Shown here in pieces: positions 24,086 to 36,447 of a stretch of DNA of 64,000 bases. Below the pieces are notes generated by a model that had not been told where the DNA came from, did no database searches, and worked only from the letters and a program-made list of their open reading frames with translations. Position numbers and translations under genes: made by a program. This stretch comes from Scenedesmus sp. PABB004 (lineage: Eukaryota), in the NCBI GenBank assembly GCA_014905635.1, contig JABVCE010000020.1, positions 124,001 through 188,000 of the forward strand, written 5' to 3'. Numbering within the stretch: position 1 is the first letter of the stretch; the number at the start of each line of letters is the position of its first letter.

Positions 24086-25121
24086 TCACAGGGGCGGGCC
24101 CGGCGAGGAGGGGCTCTCCTCGGGGACGCAGCCACCATCAACTGGCACCCAGTCCGCGGTCTTGCCGTCTTCGCTCTTCTCACACATCACAACCGGCGGC
24201 ATCGGCTCACCGACGTAGCTGCGGCGCGGTGAGCGGTCGCGCAGGCAGGCAGCGCCGCTGAGCGGGCGGCCCAGAGCGCGCACGGATCGGCGGCAGCAGC
24301 GGGCGGGCGGCGCAGGCAGGGCGGCCGCGGCACGCGGCAGCGCACGCAGCGCACGCAGCGCACGCAGCGCACGCAGCGCACGCAGCGCACGCAGCACACG
24401 CAGCGCGCGCAGCGCACCCCTTGACGCAGCGATAGAAGCACTCGGTGCCCAGGGGCGCGCCGCGGCGGAGACCATAGCAGCCCGGCAGAGCGCGTGCGTG
24501 GTCAAAGCCGGGGAGGGGCGCGTTGCAGACGGGCGGGATGGGGAGGCACACGCCGCCGATGTGCTTTGCCCACTGGCCGCGCGCGTGGTGCGGCCACGGG
24601 TGGCAGTAGATGGTCGGCGGGGACGAGTGCTTGGGTGTGAAGTATCTGCGCGGCCGCGGGACGGAGGTTGTGTGTCGCCCGCGGCGGCGGGGACAGCGGA
24701 GCGCACGCGGGCGTGCGCCGGCGCTCACCCCTCGTGGCAGTTGGCGACGCAGGCGTGGCCCACGACCGTCCCCATGCAGCTGAGCGGCCAGTCCGCGGTC
24801 CAGTTGTCGTGGGTGTAGCCCTCGGGCTCGGGCGGCATCCACTGTTGCGGGCGGCGCGCGCTTGTCAGGCTTTTACAAGGGCTTGCCCCGCAGGGAAAGC
24901 CGCGCGCTGCAGCAGCTCGAACGAGCTCGTGCGAGGCGGCGTTGACCGGCATGCGGCCGACCTGCGGCCCAAGCTGCGCGTGCCGTTCGCCGCACCTCGC
25001 AATGCTGGTCCATGGGCAGGGCTCCCGCCTCCGCGGCCGGTTCGGCCTGCAGCGGCACGCGCGCTGCGGCGACGGCGACGAGGGCCGCCGCGAGGGCGAG
25101 ATGGATGTGCAGCCTGGCCAT
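24086..25121 (-). CDS. Short secreted paralogue with only the two Sushi/CCP-like modules
   Basis: MARLHIHLALAAALVAVAAARVPLQA; NWTADWPLSCMGT...CVANCHEG; ARGQWAKHIGGVCLPIPPVC; CFYRCVKG|YVGEPMP...DGGCVPEESPSSPGPPL*. Confidence 0.75.
24336..24415. repeat. Intronic 9-bp tandem repeat (gcagcgcac)n
   Basis: About 9 units visible directly. Confidence 0.9.
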
Positions 25122-25623
25122 CGCTCGGAGGGACGTCAGACGGAGCTGCGCGGTCGCAGGGGCCTTTCTAGAAGTGTGCGTGTGGGCCGAAAGCAAGCGC
25201 GAGTTCGGGCGCGGCGCGTGCGGGCCGGGGGAGGGGCGCGAGTCTGAGCAACGCGTTTGGGTTCCGTGGCGCTGGGCCGGTGCGTTTGAGATGCTGCGGG
25301 CGCGCGTTCAAGATGAAAGAGTTCTGGGAAAGCCAACGGGAGGGCGGCGGAAGCACGCCGGGCAGCGGGCAGCGCGGGGGGCGACGCGGGCGCGAGGGAT
25401 GGCTCCGCCCCGGGCTCGGCTCTCGGGCTGGAGCCCCTGGCCCTGTCGGCGTGCCCGGAGACGCGCAGTAGGCCCATCGTGCTGTCTCGACGAACAATAT
25501 GAGGTAGACGGCTGCTCAGGCGCCGCGGCGGCCGCCGGCCAGGCCCGACAGCTGCTGGCTGCGCCGCGCGGGGCGCCCGGCCCGGGCGGCGCCGCGGGGT
25601 GCACCGTCACAGGGCGCGCGCCC

Positions 25624-27214
25624 TCACTCCCGCCCCCGCCAGGCCAGCAGCTCCAGCGCCTGCGCGTGCGTGGCCGCGTCGCCCGCCGCAAGCACCTCGC
25701 CCGGCGCCGCCGCGATCGCCGCCGCGACGTCGCCGCCGGCCACGCTCCAGCGCAGCAGCTGGCCCGCCCAGTCCGTGATCACGCCGCCGGCGCCCTGCGG
25801 GCAGCGGCCCGGGCGCGCGGGAGCGGCGGCAGCGCCTCGGCCGGGCGGCGGCGCGCGCCTGGCGGTGCGCGCCCCGCCACACTCCAACACGCGCCCGGCC
25901 GGCCCTGCCGAGCTGACAGCCAACGCGCCCCGCCATGGCCGCCGCGCCGCAGCGCACCGTGACGATCGGCACGAGCGCCATGTAGTCGTAGGGCTTGAGG
26001 TCTGCCTCGACCACCAGGTCCACCTGCCCCGCCGCGAGCAGGCCGTACGCGTAGCAGTCGCAGCCGTACAGCGGCACGCGCGCCGCGTCGCGCACGCGCG
26101 CAAACGCCTGCGCGCGCGCGCGCGGCGCCGGCGCCGGCGGCGGCTGCAGGCGTGGGCGGGCGCGGGCGGGCGGGGCCGGGGCCGGCCGCCGTGGGCGCGC
26201 CGCCGCGCCTGCTCGGTGCGCCCCGGTGCAAACATGTGGGGCGTCGTTGCGTAGAGGTAGGCGTCTCCCACGCTCGCGCAGCGCCGCGCCGCGACGGGCG
26301 CGCCGTTGAGCGCCGTGGGCTGCCCGGCCGCGCCGACCCAGCGCTCGCGCGTGATGGGCTGGTCAATGATGCCCAGCACCGGCGCACCGTCACGCAGCAG
26401 AGCGATGAGCGTGCCGAACAGCGGCTTGCCTGTTCGGAGCGAGCGGCGGGCGCGGCGGTGCGGGCCGCGCGGCGATGAGGAGCGGCGCGCCAGGCGCGCG
26501 CCGGCCGCCGCGCGCGCCGCTCCTGCCGCTGCTGCCGCGCGGCACGCGCGCCGCCGACGCGGCACGCGCGCCGTCGACGCGGCCGCGGCCGCCGCGGGCG
26601 GCGCGGCGGGGGCGCCCGCCCGCGCGCGGCGGCTCGCGGCGGGGCGCGAAGCCGCCCACCGGTGATGAACGACTTGGTCCCGTCGATGGGATCCAACACC
26701 CACAGCCAGCGCCCGTCGCCCGCCAGCGAGAGCCCCGCCTCCTCGCCAAACACGCTGTGCTCGGGGAAGGCGCCGGCGATGAGGCGCCGCATCTCCGCCT
26801 CAGCCTCGCGGTCCGCGATGGTCACGGGGCTCGCGTCGCTCTTGCTGTCCACGCTCAGCCGCGCGCTGCGGAAGTAGCGGCTCGTGATGCGCCCCGCCGC
26901 GTCCGCCAGCTCGTGCGCGAGCGCCAGGTGCGCCGCCGTGAGCGCGCCGTCGCCGCCGGCGGACGCGGCGGGCGCCGCCGCCCTGCGCGGCCCGGCAGCA
27001 GCGGCGTCGGCTGCGGCGGCTGCGGCGCCCACGGTGCGCGCCGGGCGGTGCGCGCCGGGCGGTGCGGCGCCGGGGAAGGGCGCGCCACAGCTCACATTGC
27101 CGATGGGGCGCGTGATCGGGGTCGTGCGGGCGCCCTGGGCGCGCCTGACGAGGGGGCCTGGCGAGGGCTGCTGCTGCAGTGCCGCTGCGCGCGCCCCAAG
27201 CGGCCCGCAATCAT
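25624..27214 (-). CDS. HISN7: Histidinol-phosphate phosphatase / inositol monophosphatase-like 2, probably plastid-targeted
   Basis: KSDASPVTIADREAE, FGEE, WVLDPIDGTKSFITG|KPLFGTLIAL, LYGCDCYAYGLLA, LKPYDYMALVPIV, GAGGVITDW; start inferred from an S/R/A/P-rich first exon MIAGRLGRAQ... Confidence 0.93.
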
Positions 27215-27566
27215 TCCTGGCACGTAGAGGTCGAGGTGGAGATGCTGCGACACCGGCTGGCGCGCCGCCTGGGCGTCGGAGCAGGCCGGCAGGGCGGAGA
27301 AGCGTGCGATGGCGTGCGGTCTGGCGGGCTGGCGGCGCTTGGCAGCGTCTGGCGGCCGGTGAAGGAGCTCCGCGATGCACTGAGCTGCGGGAAGACGCGC
27401 CCGCGCAATAGCGGTGGCCGGTCGCGGTGAACCCGTCGCAGCACCCGCCGACGGGTTACGACTGCCCGGCGCCCGGCGCCTCCGGGCCGCCTCGCACCGC
27501 GCGGCAGCGCCCCGCACATCCCGTCTCACGCGCCGTGCACCACGCCACGCAAACACGCCGGCCGCC

Positions 27567-28213
27567 ATGGCACCCGCCCGCGCGCTGACCGCGACCGCCG
27601 CCGCGGCCCTGCTCCTCCTGCTCGCCGCCGCCGCGCCCGCCGCCGCCGCGCCAGGCGGTGCGCGCGCGCTGCAGCGGCCCAACACGCCGCTGCAGGCGCG
27701 CCGCCGCGCCGCCGCCGCACCCACCCCACCTGCCGCACCCGCCGTCCGCGCCGCGCGCTGAGCCAGACACCGAGTCCAAGACGACGGTCCACACCGATGC
27801 CGGCGGCGGCGTGGCCCCGCTCTCGGAGCGCGTGGCCAAGGCGGTCGCGCTCACGGCGCCAACGCTGGCGCGCGTCAAGGCGGAGGCCGCCTGCAAGCGC
27901 GCGGGCGACGCCGCCTGCCCCGAGCTCGTGCGGCTCAAGCAGGCCGCCGCCGCGCCCGCGGCCGACGACGCCGGCGGGAAGGAGGTCAAGGCGCCCTGTT
28001 ACAAGAACACTTTCGCCTCCTGGCTCCTCGGCTCTACGGTGGGGCTGACCCCGGTCAGCCGGGGCCGCCGCCCTCCCGCGTCCGCACGCGCTGACCGCGC
28101 GCGGCCGCCCGCCCCAGGTGTGCGACCTGCCGCCCAACTCCACCAAGGACGCCAAGTACCGCCCCGCCAAGGCCAAGGCCACGGGCGCCGGCGCGCGCCG
28201 CCGCCTGTGCTGA
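27567..28213 (+). CDS. Small secreted hypothetical protein (3 exons)
   Basis: Signal MAPARALTATAAAALLLLLAAAAP; middle exon ...ACKRAGDAACPELVRLK...PCYKNTFASWLLGST|VCDLPPNSTKDAKYR...RRRLC*. Confidence 0.6.
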
Positions 28214-28598
28214 CCTGACCTGACCCCGCGCGCGCCGGCCGGCCGTCGGCGGGCGGTCGCCCGCTCGCGAGCACCCAGCGCTCGTGGGCAGGGCGTGAAG
28301 GTGGTGCGGCGCGTGGGCTGGGAGGCGTCCAGCCGCCACCGCCCGGAGCTCGGCCTCCCGTGCACCCGCTCCGCCGCCGCTGGTGACGCTTGCGCCCCGG
28401 CCCAGACCGGCAGCCGCGGGCGCCTGAAGCTCGCGCCCCATGCCCAGCGCGCCCCACTGGGCCCAGCCCGATCAGCGCAGCCGCGACCGCCGTGATCCCC
28501 CGGGCAGAGAGGCCGGCGCGAGCGCCGCCGCCGCTGGCGCTGCTGTCGAACGCTCGCCGGCACATCTGGCAGCCGGCCGTTTGATTGCGATTCACGGG

Positions 28599-31460
28599 AT
28601 GGAGCCAGCGGGCGGGGCCGTGTCTGGGGCGACGCAGGCGGTGCTGTGGGTGTTCGGTGCGTGCGGCGCGCGCGGCGGGCCGTTGGCGCTGCTCGCTGCT
28701 CACGCCGGATCGCCGCGCACAGGCGTCAGCGTGGCGGGCGCGGCGCTCTACGTGGTGGTTCTGATCGCGAGGGCCGTGAACAGCCTGGCGGCGCGGCGCG
28801 CGAGCGGCGGCGGCCGGTGCGAGCCGCAGCAGCGCGGCGCGCAACCGTCGCAACCGCCCGCGCGGCACGGGTGCCGCGCCGCCGACCGGCCAGCGCAGCC
28901 CTACTCACCGCTGCGGCCGCCGCGCCGCGCCGCAGCGCGCCGGGCAAGAAGAAGGCGGCCGCGCCGGAGCCGCCGGCGCCGGCGCGGCCGGCGGGCGCGC
29001 GGCAGCCCGACCTCAAGACGCTCATCAAGCAGAGCAAGGCGGCGAGCAAGATGTGAGGCGGGGCATTGTTTAGGGCCGCGCCGCGCGCGCGCCGCCCCGC
29101 GCCAGCACGGCGGCAGCGGGCCGCCCGGTTGCGAGGCGGCCGCGCCCGCGCTGCCGCGCCGCCCTGCGCCGCCCCGCAGCGCGGCGAGCAAGGAGGACAT
29201 GGCCGCCCATCACGCACTGTTCATCACGACGCTGGTCCACCAGGGCCCCAAGGTGCGCCGGGGCGGGCTGGGCAGGCAGACGCGGCAGCAGGCGCGGCGA
29301 CAGCAGGCGCAGCAGCAGCAGGCACAGCAGCAGGCGCGGCAGCCGAGCGGTGGCCGCCGGGTCCCGACAGCCCCTGCAACCGCCGCCGCCGCCCCCGCCG
29401 CCGGCGCAGGGCCACCCCGACGCGGTGACCGGCGTTGCGTGGAGCGCGGACGGCGGCCGCCTCGCGACGTCGTGCGAGGACAGCCAGCTGCGCGTGTTTG
29501 ACCTGTCCGCGCTCGCGCCCGGCAGCGCGCCGCGGTTCAAGGCCGCCCGCACGCCGCACCCGCCCGTGGGCGTCGGCTTCGGCGACGACGGCAGCAGCCT
29601 CGTCGCCGCGCTGCGCGGTGCGGGCCGCGCCGCGCGCCCGCGCGCCGCCCGCCCCGCGCGACACCACACGCCTGCCCTGCCGCCGCACTCCCGCTCCGGC
29701 TTAACCCTGCGCCCTGCCGCCCCGTCCATGCGTCCCCTGCTAAACCTTCGACCCTAACAGCCTACCCAGGCATCCAGCTCGCCCTCTTCACGCCCCACAA
29801 GGGCCCGGGCAAGGCGGCCGGCCCCCGCGACGTCGCGTGGGAGGCGGAGTGGACCCGGCCGGGCGTCGTCGACTCGCTGCTCGACCTCGCCGTCGTGCCG
29901 GGTGGCCAGGCGGCGGCCCTCGGCGCGCCGCACGCGGGCGGCGTCGCGGTGCTGCTGTCGGAGAAGAAGGAGGGCCGTGTGCTGCGCCTCAACGGTGCGC
30001 ACCCGCCCACGCCTGCCCTGCCCCTCGCCGCCGCGGGCCGCATGCCGCGCCTTGCCCGCGCTCCCACCCCCGCCCCCACCCCCGCGCCGCGCCGTGCTGC
30101 GCCTCCGTGCCGCGCCTCCGTGCCGCGGCTGCGGCGGCGCCGCAGGCGGCGCGGCGCTGGGCGAGTTCCGGCCCAACAGCTTCAGCAACCACGCGCTCGC
30201 GGTCAGCGCCAACGGGCGCTACATCGCGGTCGCGTCGTTCACGGCGGATGTCATGGTGCGCGGCGCTCAGGGGCGCGGCCAGGGGCACGCCACCGCCCGC
30301 ACTGCGCGCGCGCCGCGCCGCCGGCCCGCGCGGCGCCCCCTGCCGCCTGCCTCAACCCCCGATGCCGGCCCGCGCGCCGCGCCGCGCCGCGCGCAGGTGT
30401 GGGAGGTTCAGTGGGGGCGTGACGGCTTCAGGGGGTGCCCCAAGGTTATGGATCTGAAGGGCCACAGCAGCCAGGTGGGCGGCGGCGCGGGGGGTGGGGG
30501 GGGGGGGCTCAAGGGCCACGGCAGCCAGGTGGGCGCCCGGGGGGCCGGGGGCACGGGCTGAGGGAGCGGGGGCCCGGAGGGGGGCTGGGGGCGACCCCGG
30601 GCGGCTGGGGGCTCGGACGTGCGGGGGCTGCCGACCGCCGCGGCGCCCGGCAGGGCGGGCGCGCCGCAACTGCTACCAGCGGGCGAGGAGGTGCTGCGGC
30701 CGCCGCCGCGGCACTGCGGGCGGCCTGAGCTCACAACCCTGCATGCACACCGCGCCGCCACGCCACGCAGGTGATGAGCGCCGCGTTCTCCGCCGACGGC
30801 GGGCGCGCCGTGACGGCGAGCAAGGACGGCACGCTGCGCGTGTGGAACACGGCCGTGCGCCACCAGCTGCAGGCGCGGCGGCGGGCCGCGCGCGCACGCG
30901 TGCGGGGCTGGCGCTCCTGCGCTGGCGTCACCACGCGCGCGCACACCCTCGCCCACACTCACACTCACGCTGGCACACTCACACACTCACACCCACGCTC
31001 ACACACACGCACACAACAGGAGGACCCCAAGGCCCTGCTCAAGCTGCCCCTGCCCCTCCCCGCGGGCCAGGTCTTCGACCGCCTCGCGTGGGGCCCCGAC
31101 GGCACCATCGCCGCGGCGCTCGGCGGGGCGGTGCACTTCATCGACAGCGCCACCGGGCAGGCGCGCGCGTGCCGGGGTTTAGGGTTGACTGTTTAGGGCT
31201 TTAGGGGGGTCGTGGCTGGCCGTGCGCTGCCGGCACCCTGAGTGCGCGCTCTCGATGCGGCCGCCTGATTCCGCCGGCGGCGGGGGTGCCCGCAGGTGCT
31301 GGAGGTGCTGCACGCGCACGACGGCGGCATCACGGCGATGGCGTGGGCGCCGACGCGGCTGGCGCTGCCGGGCGGCGGCGAGCCGGTCGCGGTGCTGGCC
31401 AGCGCCGGCGCGGACGGGCGCGTGCGCCTCTGGCGCAGCCCCGCGGCGGCCGCGTCGTGA
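28599..31460 (+). CDS. TBL2: Transducin beta-like protein 2-type WD40 protein with N-terminal membrane anchor
   Basis: GHPDAVTGVAWSADG, NHALAVSANGRYIAVASFTADVM|VWEV, LKGHSSQ|VMSAAFS...TASKDGTLRVWNTAVRHQLQ|EDPK, HAHDGGITAMAW, ASAGADGRVRLW. Confidence 0.85.
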
Positions 31461-31540
31461 CGTGGCCCGCGGCGGGCTGCCTCCTCGGATCTCGGGCTGT
31501 GGTTACCTCTCGCCGGGCTGCCTCGCGGGCCGTGTCCTGC

Positions 31541-31542
<2 letters not shown>

Positions 31543-31624
<82 letters not shown>
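31543..31624. repeat. (cccgcg)n hexamer microsatellite between convergent gene ends
   Basis: About 13 units visible. Confidence 0.95.
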
Positions 31625-31641
31625 TGCGCGCGCCCGCCGCC

Positions 31642-32107
31642 TCACCGGCCGCCGGCGAGCACGGCGACCAGCCGCGCGGCCATCGCGGTGTGGACGGCCG
31701 TGTCAAAGCTGGTGCCTGCGGCGAACCAGGCCGCCTGCGCGGCGCCGTGCCGCGCGCGCCGCGCGGCGAGCCGCGGCGCGGCCGACATGTCCAGCACCGC
31801 CCGGCCGTGCGGCGTGTGCCAGGCAGCGAGGTACGCCGCGTGCAGCGCGGCGTGCGCGGCCAGCGCGGCGAGCAGGGCCGGCCCCGCCGCGGCGACGCGC
31901 GGGCCGCCGCCGCCGCCCCGCGCTGAGCGCCGCGAGCGACAGCCAGGGCGAGGCGAGGTCGAACGTGAAGTACGACCCGCGCTTGGACGACAGCTCCGAC
32001 GCGGACAGCTGGGGGCCGATCGGGAGGCAGAGAAGGACGCGCGCGTGCGTCGCCGCGAGCGCAAGCTCGCTCGCGAGCGCGAGCACGCGCCACGCGAGGA
32101 GCAGCAT
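31642..32107 (-). pseudogene. Small intronless membrane protein split by an apparent +1 frameshift (or an assembly error)
   Basis: MLLLAWRVLALASELALAATH...YFTFDLASPWLSLAALSA continues in another frame at ~31915 as ...LLAALAAHAALHAAYLAAW...GTSFDTAVHTAMAARL*. Confidence 0.5.
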
Positions 32108-32827
32108 CGCGAGCGGGGTGGGGCGCGAGCTGCGCGCGCGAGCGGAGTGGGGGCCGCGAGGCGCGTGCGGGCGCGCCGCCTGACCGCCGGGCGACGTCGC
32201 AGGCGCGACGTCGGCGCCGACCGCGCGCGCCGCGCCCCCGGCGTGCGCCAGGGGGCGCGGCGCCGGTTGATCGCGCTGGCCGGCGTGCGCAGAGCTCGCA
32301 GTCGCGGCGCGGAGGCAGCGCGCTGTCCTGTCATCCAGCTTCTTGCGCCGCCGCGAGTTCTGCTGCGCCGCCGCCGGGTGCCTCCTACTTAATCGCTCGC
32401 CCGCAACGCCCGTCGCAAGCCCCTCTTTTGCGACCGTCTGTTCGCGATCAGGACCGGCATCCCCGACAGCCCCAGGCGCCAGGCCGAGCGCCGCATTCGC
32501 CGCGCTCCTCCCGGCGCCCACAGCCGGCGCGCGCCGGCGAGGCCGCGCTTCCGAGTCAGGTGAGGGTGCCCAATGACTGCGCGCCGGTCCTGCCGGCCCC
32601 GCGGCGCGCCGCCAGGCAGATCGAGCACCAGCAGCTGGCGGCGCCCGCGCGATTATCCATATGTCAGAGGGCGCTCGTGGCCCGCGCCAGCTGCGCAGGG
32701 GGCCTCCCCGAGGTGTTACCCTCGTCTCCGCAGAGCCGCGCCCGGCGCCGGCGCGCCGCCGCGCGCCGACACGCCCCGCGCGCCGCCCGCGCGCAGGCAC
32801 GCCGCGCCCGGTGCCTCCTCGGGCTCC

Positions 32828-33682
32828 ATGGCGTCGCCGCTTCCCCGCCGCGGGAGCGGCAGTGCGCTGCCGCTGCTGCTCCTGCTCGCGGCCGCCGGCG
32901 CGGCGCGCGGGCAGTGGATGCAGCCTATGCAGCCGCTGCCGCCGCTGCAGCCGCTGCCCGGCATGGCCCCGATGGCGCCAATGCAGCCGATGCAGCCCAT
33001 GCAGCCGATGCAGCCGCTCCCGCCGCTGCAGCCGCTGCCCGGCGCCGTGACGGCGTCCGCCGACGCGGCGTCGGGCGGCCCCGGCGGCGGCGCGGCGAGC
33101 AGCTACGCGAGCAACGTCAACGGCGCGACGACGCGCTACACGGCGGCCAGCGGCGGCGGCGTCGCGGCCGCGTCGACGGGCACGGCCGGCCCCAACGGCT
33201 GCACCGTGCTGCGCTCGTCGAGCAGCGAGGGCTGCGCCGCCGGCGGCGGCGGGCCCTGCTGCGCGACGTCGCAGCGCGTGGCGCGCTGCCGCGGCTTCAC
33301 CGCCGCGACGGCCAAGGTCAACGGCGCGGCGGGCACGTGCTGCGTCGTGCTGCTGCGCGCGGACAGCAAGGCGCCGCAGCTCTTCTGCGCCGCGCCGGCG
33401 CCGGGCTGGGGCTACGCGCAGATGCCGGCGAGCGCGGTGGTCGAGCTCAAGCCCGCCTGCGCGGCCGGCCGCGCGGCGCTCGCGTGCACGGTCGCCTTCC
33501 CCAAGGGCCTCCCCCGCGGCTTCACGTACCCCGCCGGCTACACGTCGCGCGCGCCGCTCAGCCTCGCGGCGGACAAGCCGTTCGCGGGGTTCAAGCCCTG
33601 CCTCGGCGGCGGGCGCTTCCGGCGCATGATCCAGGCGGTCTCGCGCACGGCGCCGGTCGTGCTCACCGCAAAGTGCGAGTGA
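32828..33682 (+). CDS. Single-exon secreted protein with Met-Gln-Pro repeats and a Cys-containing C-terminal domain
   Basis: LPLLLLLAAAGAARG signal, MQPMQPLPPLQPLPG repeats, about 11 Cys downstream, strong GC3 bias. Confidence 0.75.
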   Translation: MASPLPRRGSGSALPLLLLLAAAGAARGQWMQPMQPLPPLQPLPGMAPMAPMQPMQPMQPMQPLPPLQPLPGAVTASADAASGGPGGGAASSYASNVNGATTRYTAASGGGVAAASTGTAGPNGCTVLRSSSSEGCAAGGGGPCCATSQRVARCRGFTAATAKVNGAAGTCCVVLLRADSKAPQLFCAAPAPGWGYAQMPASAVVELKPACAAGRAALACTVAFPKGLPRGFTYPAGYTSRAPLSLAADKPFAGFKPCLGGGRFRRMIQAVSRTAPVVLTAKCE

Positions 33683-34262
33683 GGGTCGGTCCGAGGCGTC
33701 GCCGCTCGTGCTCACGGCAGAGTGCGAGTGAGGCGTGGCAGGCGCGCGGCCGGCCGTTTGACCCGTGACCTCGTGGGCTTGTGGGCTCGAGTCGCTCGTG
33801 CGTGCTTGTGCGTGTGGCGCGTGCGCCGCACAGACGGCTGCAACACTGCCGTCTGTCTGGCGGTGACTGTGTGATGGGGCTCGCCCGTGGTGGTGCGCGC
33901 GTGGGGCCGGACGAGGGGGCGGTGTGCAACGAGCGGCAGCGTGCGGCGCGGCCGGCCGGTGCCGCCAGCCCCGAGCGCCCCAGCAGCCCGGCTGCCAGCG
34001 AGGCTCAGGTGCAGGAGTCGCCTGACGTGCTCTCCCGCGGCAGCAGCGGCTGCAGGCGGCGGCGGTGTGCCCGCGGGCGGCGCGACGGAAGTCGGGCGGC
34101 GGCGACTGAGGAGTGAGCCCTCTGGGCTCTGCGCTCGCCAGCGCTGCACTCACAGCTCAACCAACTCGCAGCCACCGCCGGACCCCTGTTTCGCCTTCAC
34201 ATCGCCCCACCTCCGCTCGAGAGCCATCGCGGGGGCCTGCCGCGAGCAGGGCAGCCGACGAC

Positions 34263-36378
34263 ATGGCCCGGGGCGCCGCCCTGGCGCTGGCGCTAGCGCT
34301 GGCCGTCGCGGTCGCCGCGGCGCAGCAGGCGCCCTGCCAAGAGGGATACGCGCGGGAGACGCCGGACTCGCCGGAGTGCACAGGTGGGCCCCGACCGGCC
34401 CGCGCGGGCGACGTGCGGCCGCGCTCCGCCGCGGACAGCGTACGCCGCGCGTCGGCCGACCCACAGCCGGGCGGACGCGCGCTGCGGCGCGGGCGCGCCG
34501 CTGCGGCGGCACTGCGGCCCGCCGCTGCCGCTGCTGCCGCGCCGGCGACGCGCAGCGAGCGGCCCAGGCCATGCAGCGCGGCCACGCCCGCGCTCCCGGC
34601 CGCCCCCTCCCGCCCGCTCGCAGTCTGCGCGCCCGGCTTTGGCGGCGCCGACTGCGCGCCGTGCAGCGACGGCAGCTATTCGCGCGGCGGCAGCAAGGCG
34701 GCGTGCAAGCCCTGCCCCGTCGCGAAGCTGACCGAGTGCGCCAAGACCAGCTACTGCGACCCCAAGAAAGGCTTCGTCGTGGAGTGGTGGCCGGAGGGCT
34801 CGCCCTGCCAAGAGGGCCGCGGGAGCTGCCGCGACAAGTGGTGCAGTGAGTCACGCGGCGGGGCAGGCCCCCGCGCACGGCATCGGCAGCGGCGGCCAGC
34901 GGTCGCGCGCTCGCGCGCCCACCTGCTGCGCCGCCCGCCGCAGGCTGCAACCCCGGCCGCGGCGGCGACACCTGCGCGCCGTGCCCGGCGGGCACGTTCT
35001 CCACCGGCAACGCCACGAGGGGCACCGAGTGCGCCAAGTGCCCGCCCCAGCCCATGTGCAAGCGCCGGCCGTCGCCGTGCGAGCAGGCGCCCGCGTGCGA
35101 CCCGGCGAGCGGCCGGCGGCGCTCGATGTGCTGGGAGGTGCGGGCGGCGGCCGCGCCGCCGCCGCCGCCGCGCGGCCGGCGCGCCTCGCCGGCCGGCTCC
35201 GCCGGCTCCGCCGACGCCGCCCCGCCCGCCCCCGTCGCGCGCGCAGCCCAAGCCCGAGGAGGCAGTCTGCACGCCGCGCGCCAGCGACCTGCCGGGCGGC
35301 AAGCGGCAGGAGGGCGGCGACGTGCCCTTTGTCTGTCGCGCCGGCGACTGCGTGGCGCGCGAACGTGAGTGTCCGCCGCGCCCGCTGGGGGCTTGCGCGG
35401 CTGCGCCGCGGCGCGCAGCTGTGCTGGCGCGCGCAACCGTGGCCCAGCCCCCCCCCCCCCCCCCCCCCCCGCCGTCCCGCCGCCGCCGCGCGCAGTCTGC
35501 CCCGTCGCGTGCAAGTCGCTGCCAAAGCCCTGCGAGATGCTGCCGCCCTGGTGCGCGCGAGCAGCGCGCCGCGGCGCCGCCCGCGCGCTGCGCGCCCGCC
35601 CAGCCGCGCGCCCGCGCTCACCCGCGCCACGCCGCGCCGCGCCCGCGCCCGCGCAGCGACGCCGAGGGCAAGCCCACCGACATGTGCTACGTGAGCAAGC
35701 CCTTGGGCACCGCCTGCACGCCCAGCGAGGGCAGCGAGGGCGCGTTCTCGTGCAACGAGGCCGGCGACTGCGTGGCACGCAAGAGTGAGCAGCAGCGCAC
35801 GCGCCCGCCGAGCGCCGCCGCGCCCGCCGCGCCCGCTGAGCGCGCCGCGCCGCCGCGCCGCCGCGCCGCCGCCGGCGCAGCCTGCCCCGCCGGGACGGGC
35901 GGGCTGAGCTGCGGGCCCTGCGCCGCGGGGACGTGGTCGCGCGGCGCCAAGGTGGGCGAGCCGTGCGCCGCCTGCCCCAAGCAGCGCCTGTGCAAGCGCA
36001 AGAAGTCACCCTGCGAGATGGAGCCGCCCTGGTGCGCGCGTGCACACGAGCGCGGAGCCGCCGCGGGATCGGCGCGCGCGCTCGCTCGGCGGGCTGCGCC
36101 GCGCCCGCGCGCCCGCGCCGACACACGCCGCCGCGCCGCCGCGCCGCCGCGCCCGCAGCGACCGCGTCTCCGGCCTCCCGACCGGCACCTGCTACGTGCG
36201 CAAGCCTGACGGCGAGCGCTGCGACGGCCTGCCGGGCTTCTGCAAGGCCGGCGGGTGCGTGGACGACCCAGGTCTCCCAGGTGCGCACGCGCGCGGCGGG
36301 GCCGCGCCCGCCGCCCTGCGCGCCTGCGAGGCCGCGCGCTGCGCGCCGCGCGCGCCGGCCCTGCCGGGCGCGCCGCCA

Positions 36379-36447
<69 letters not shown>

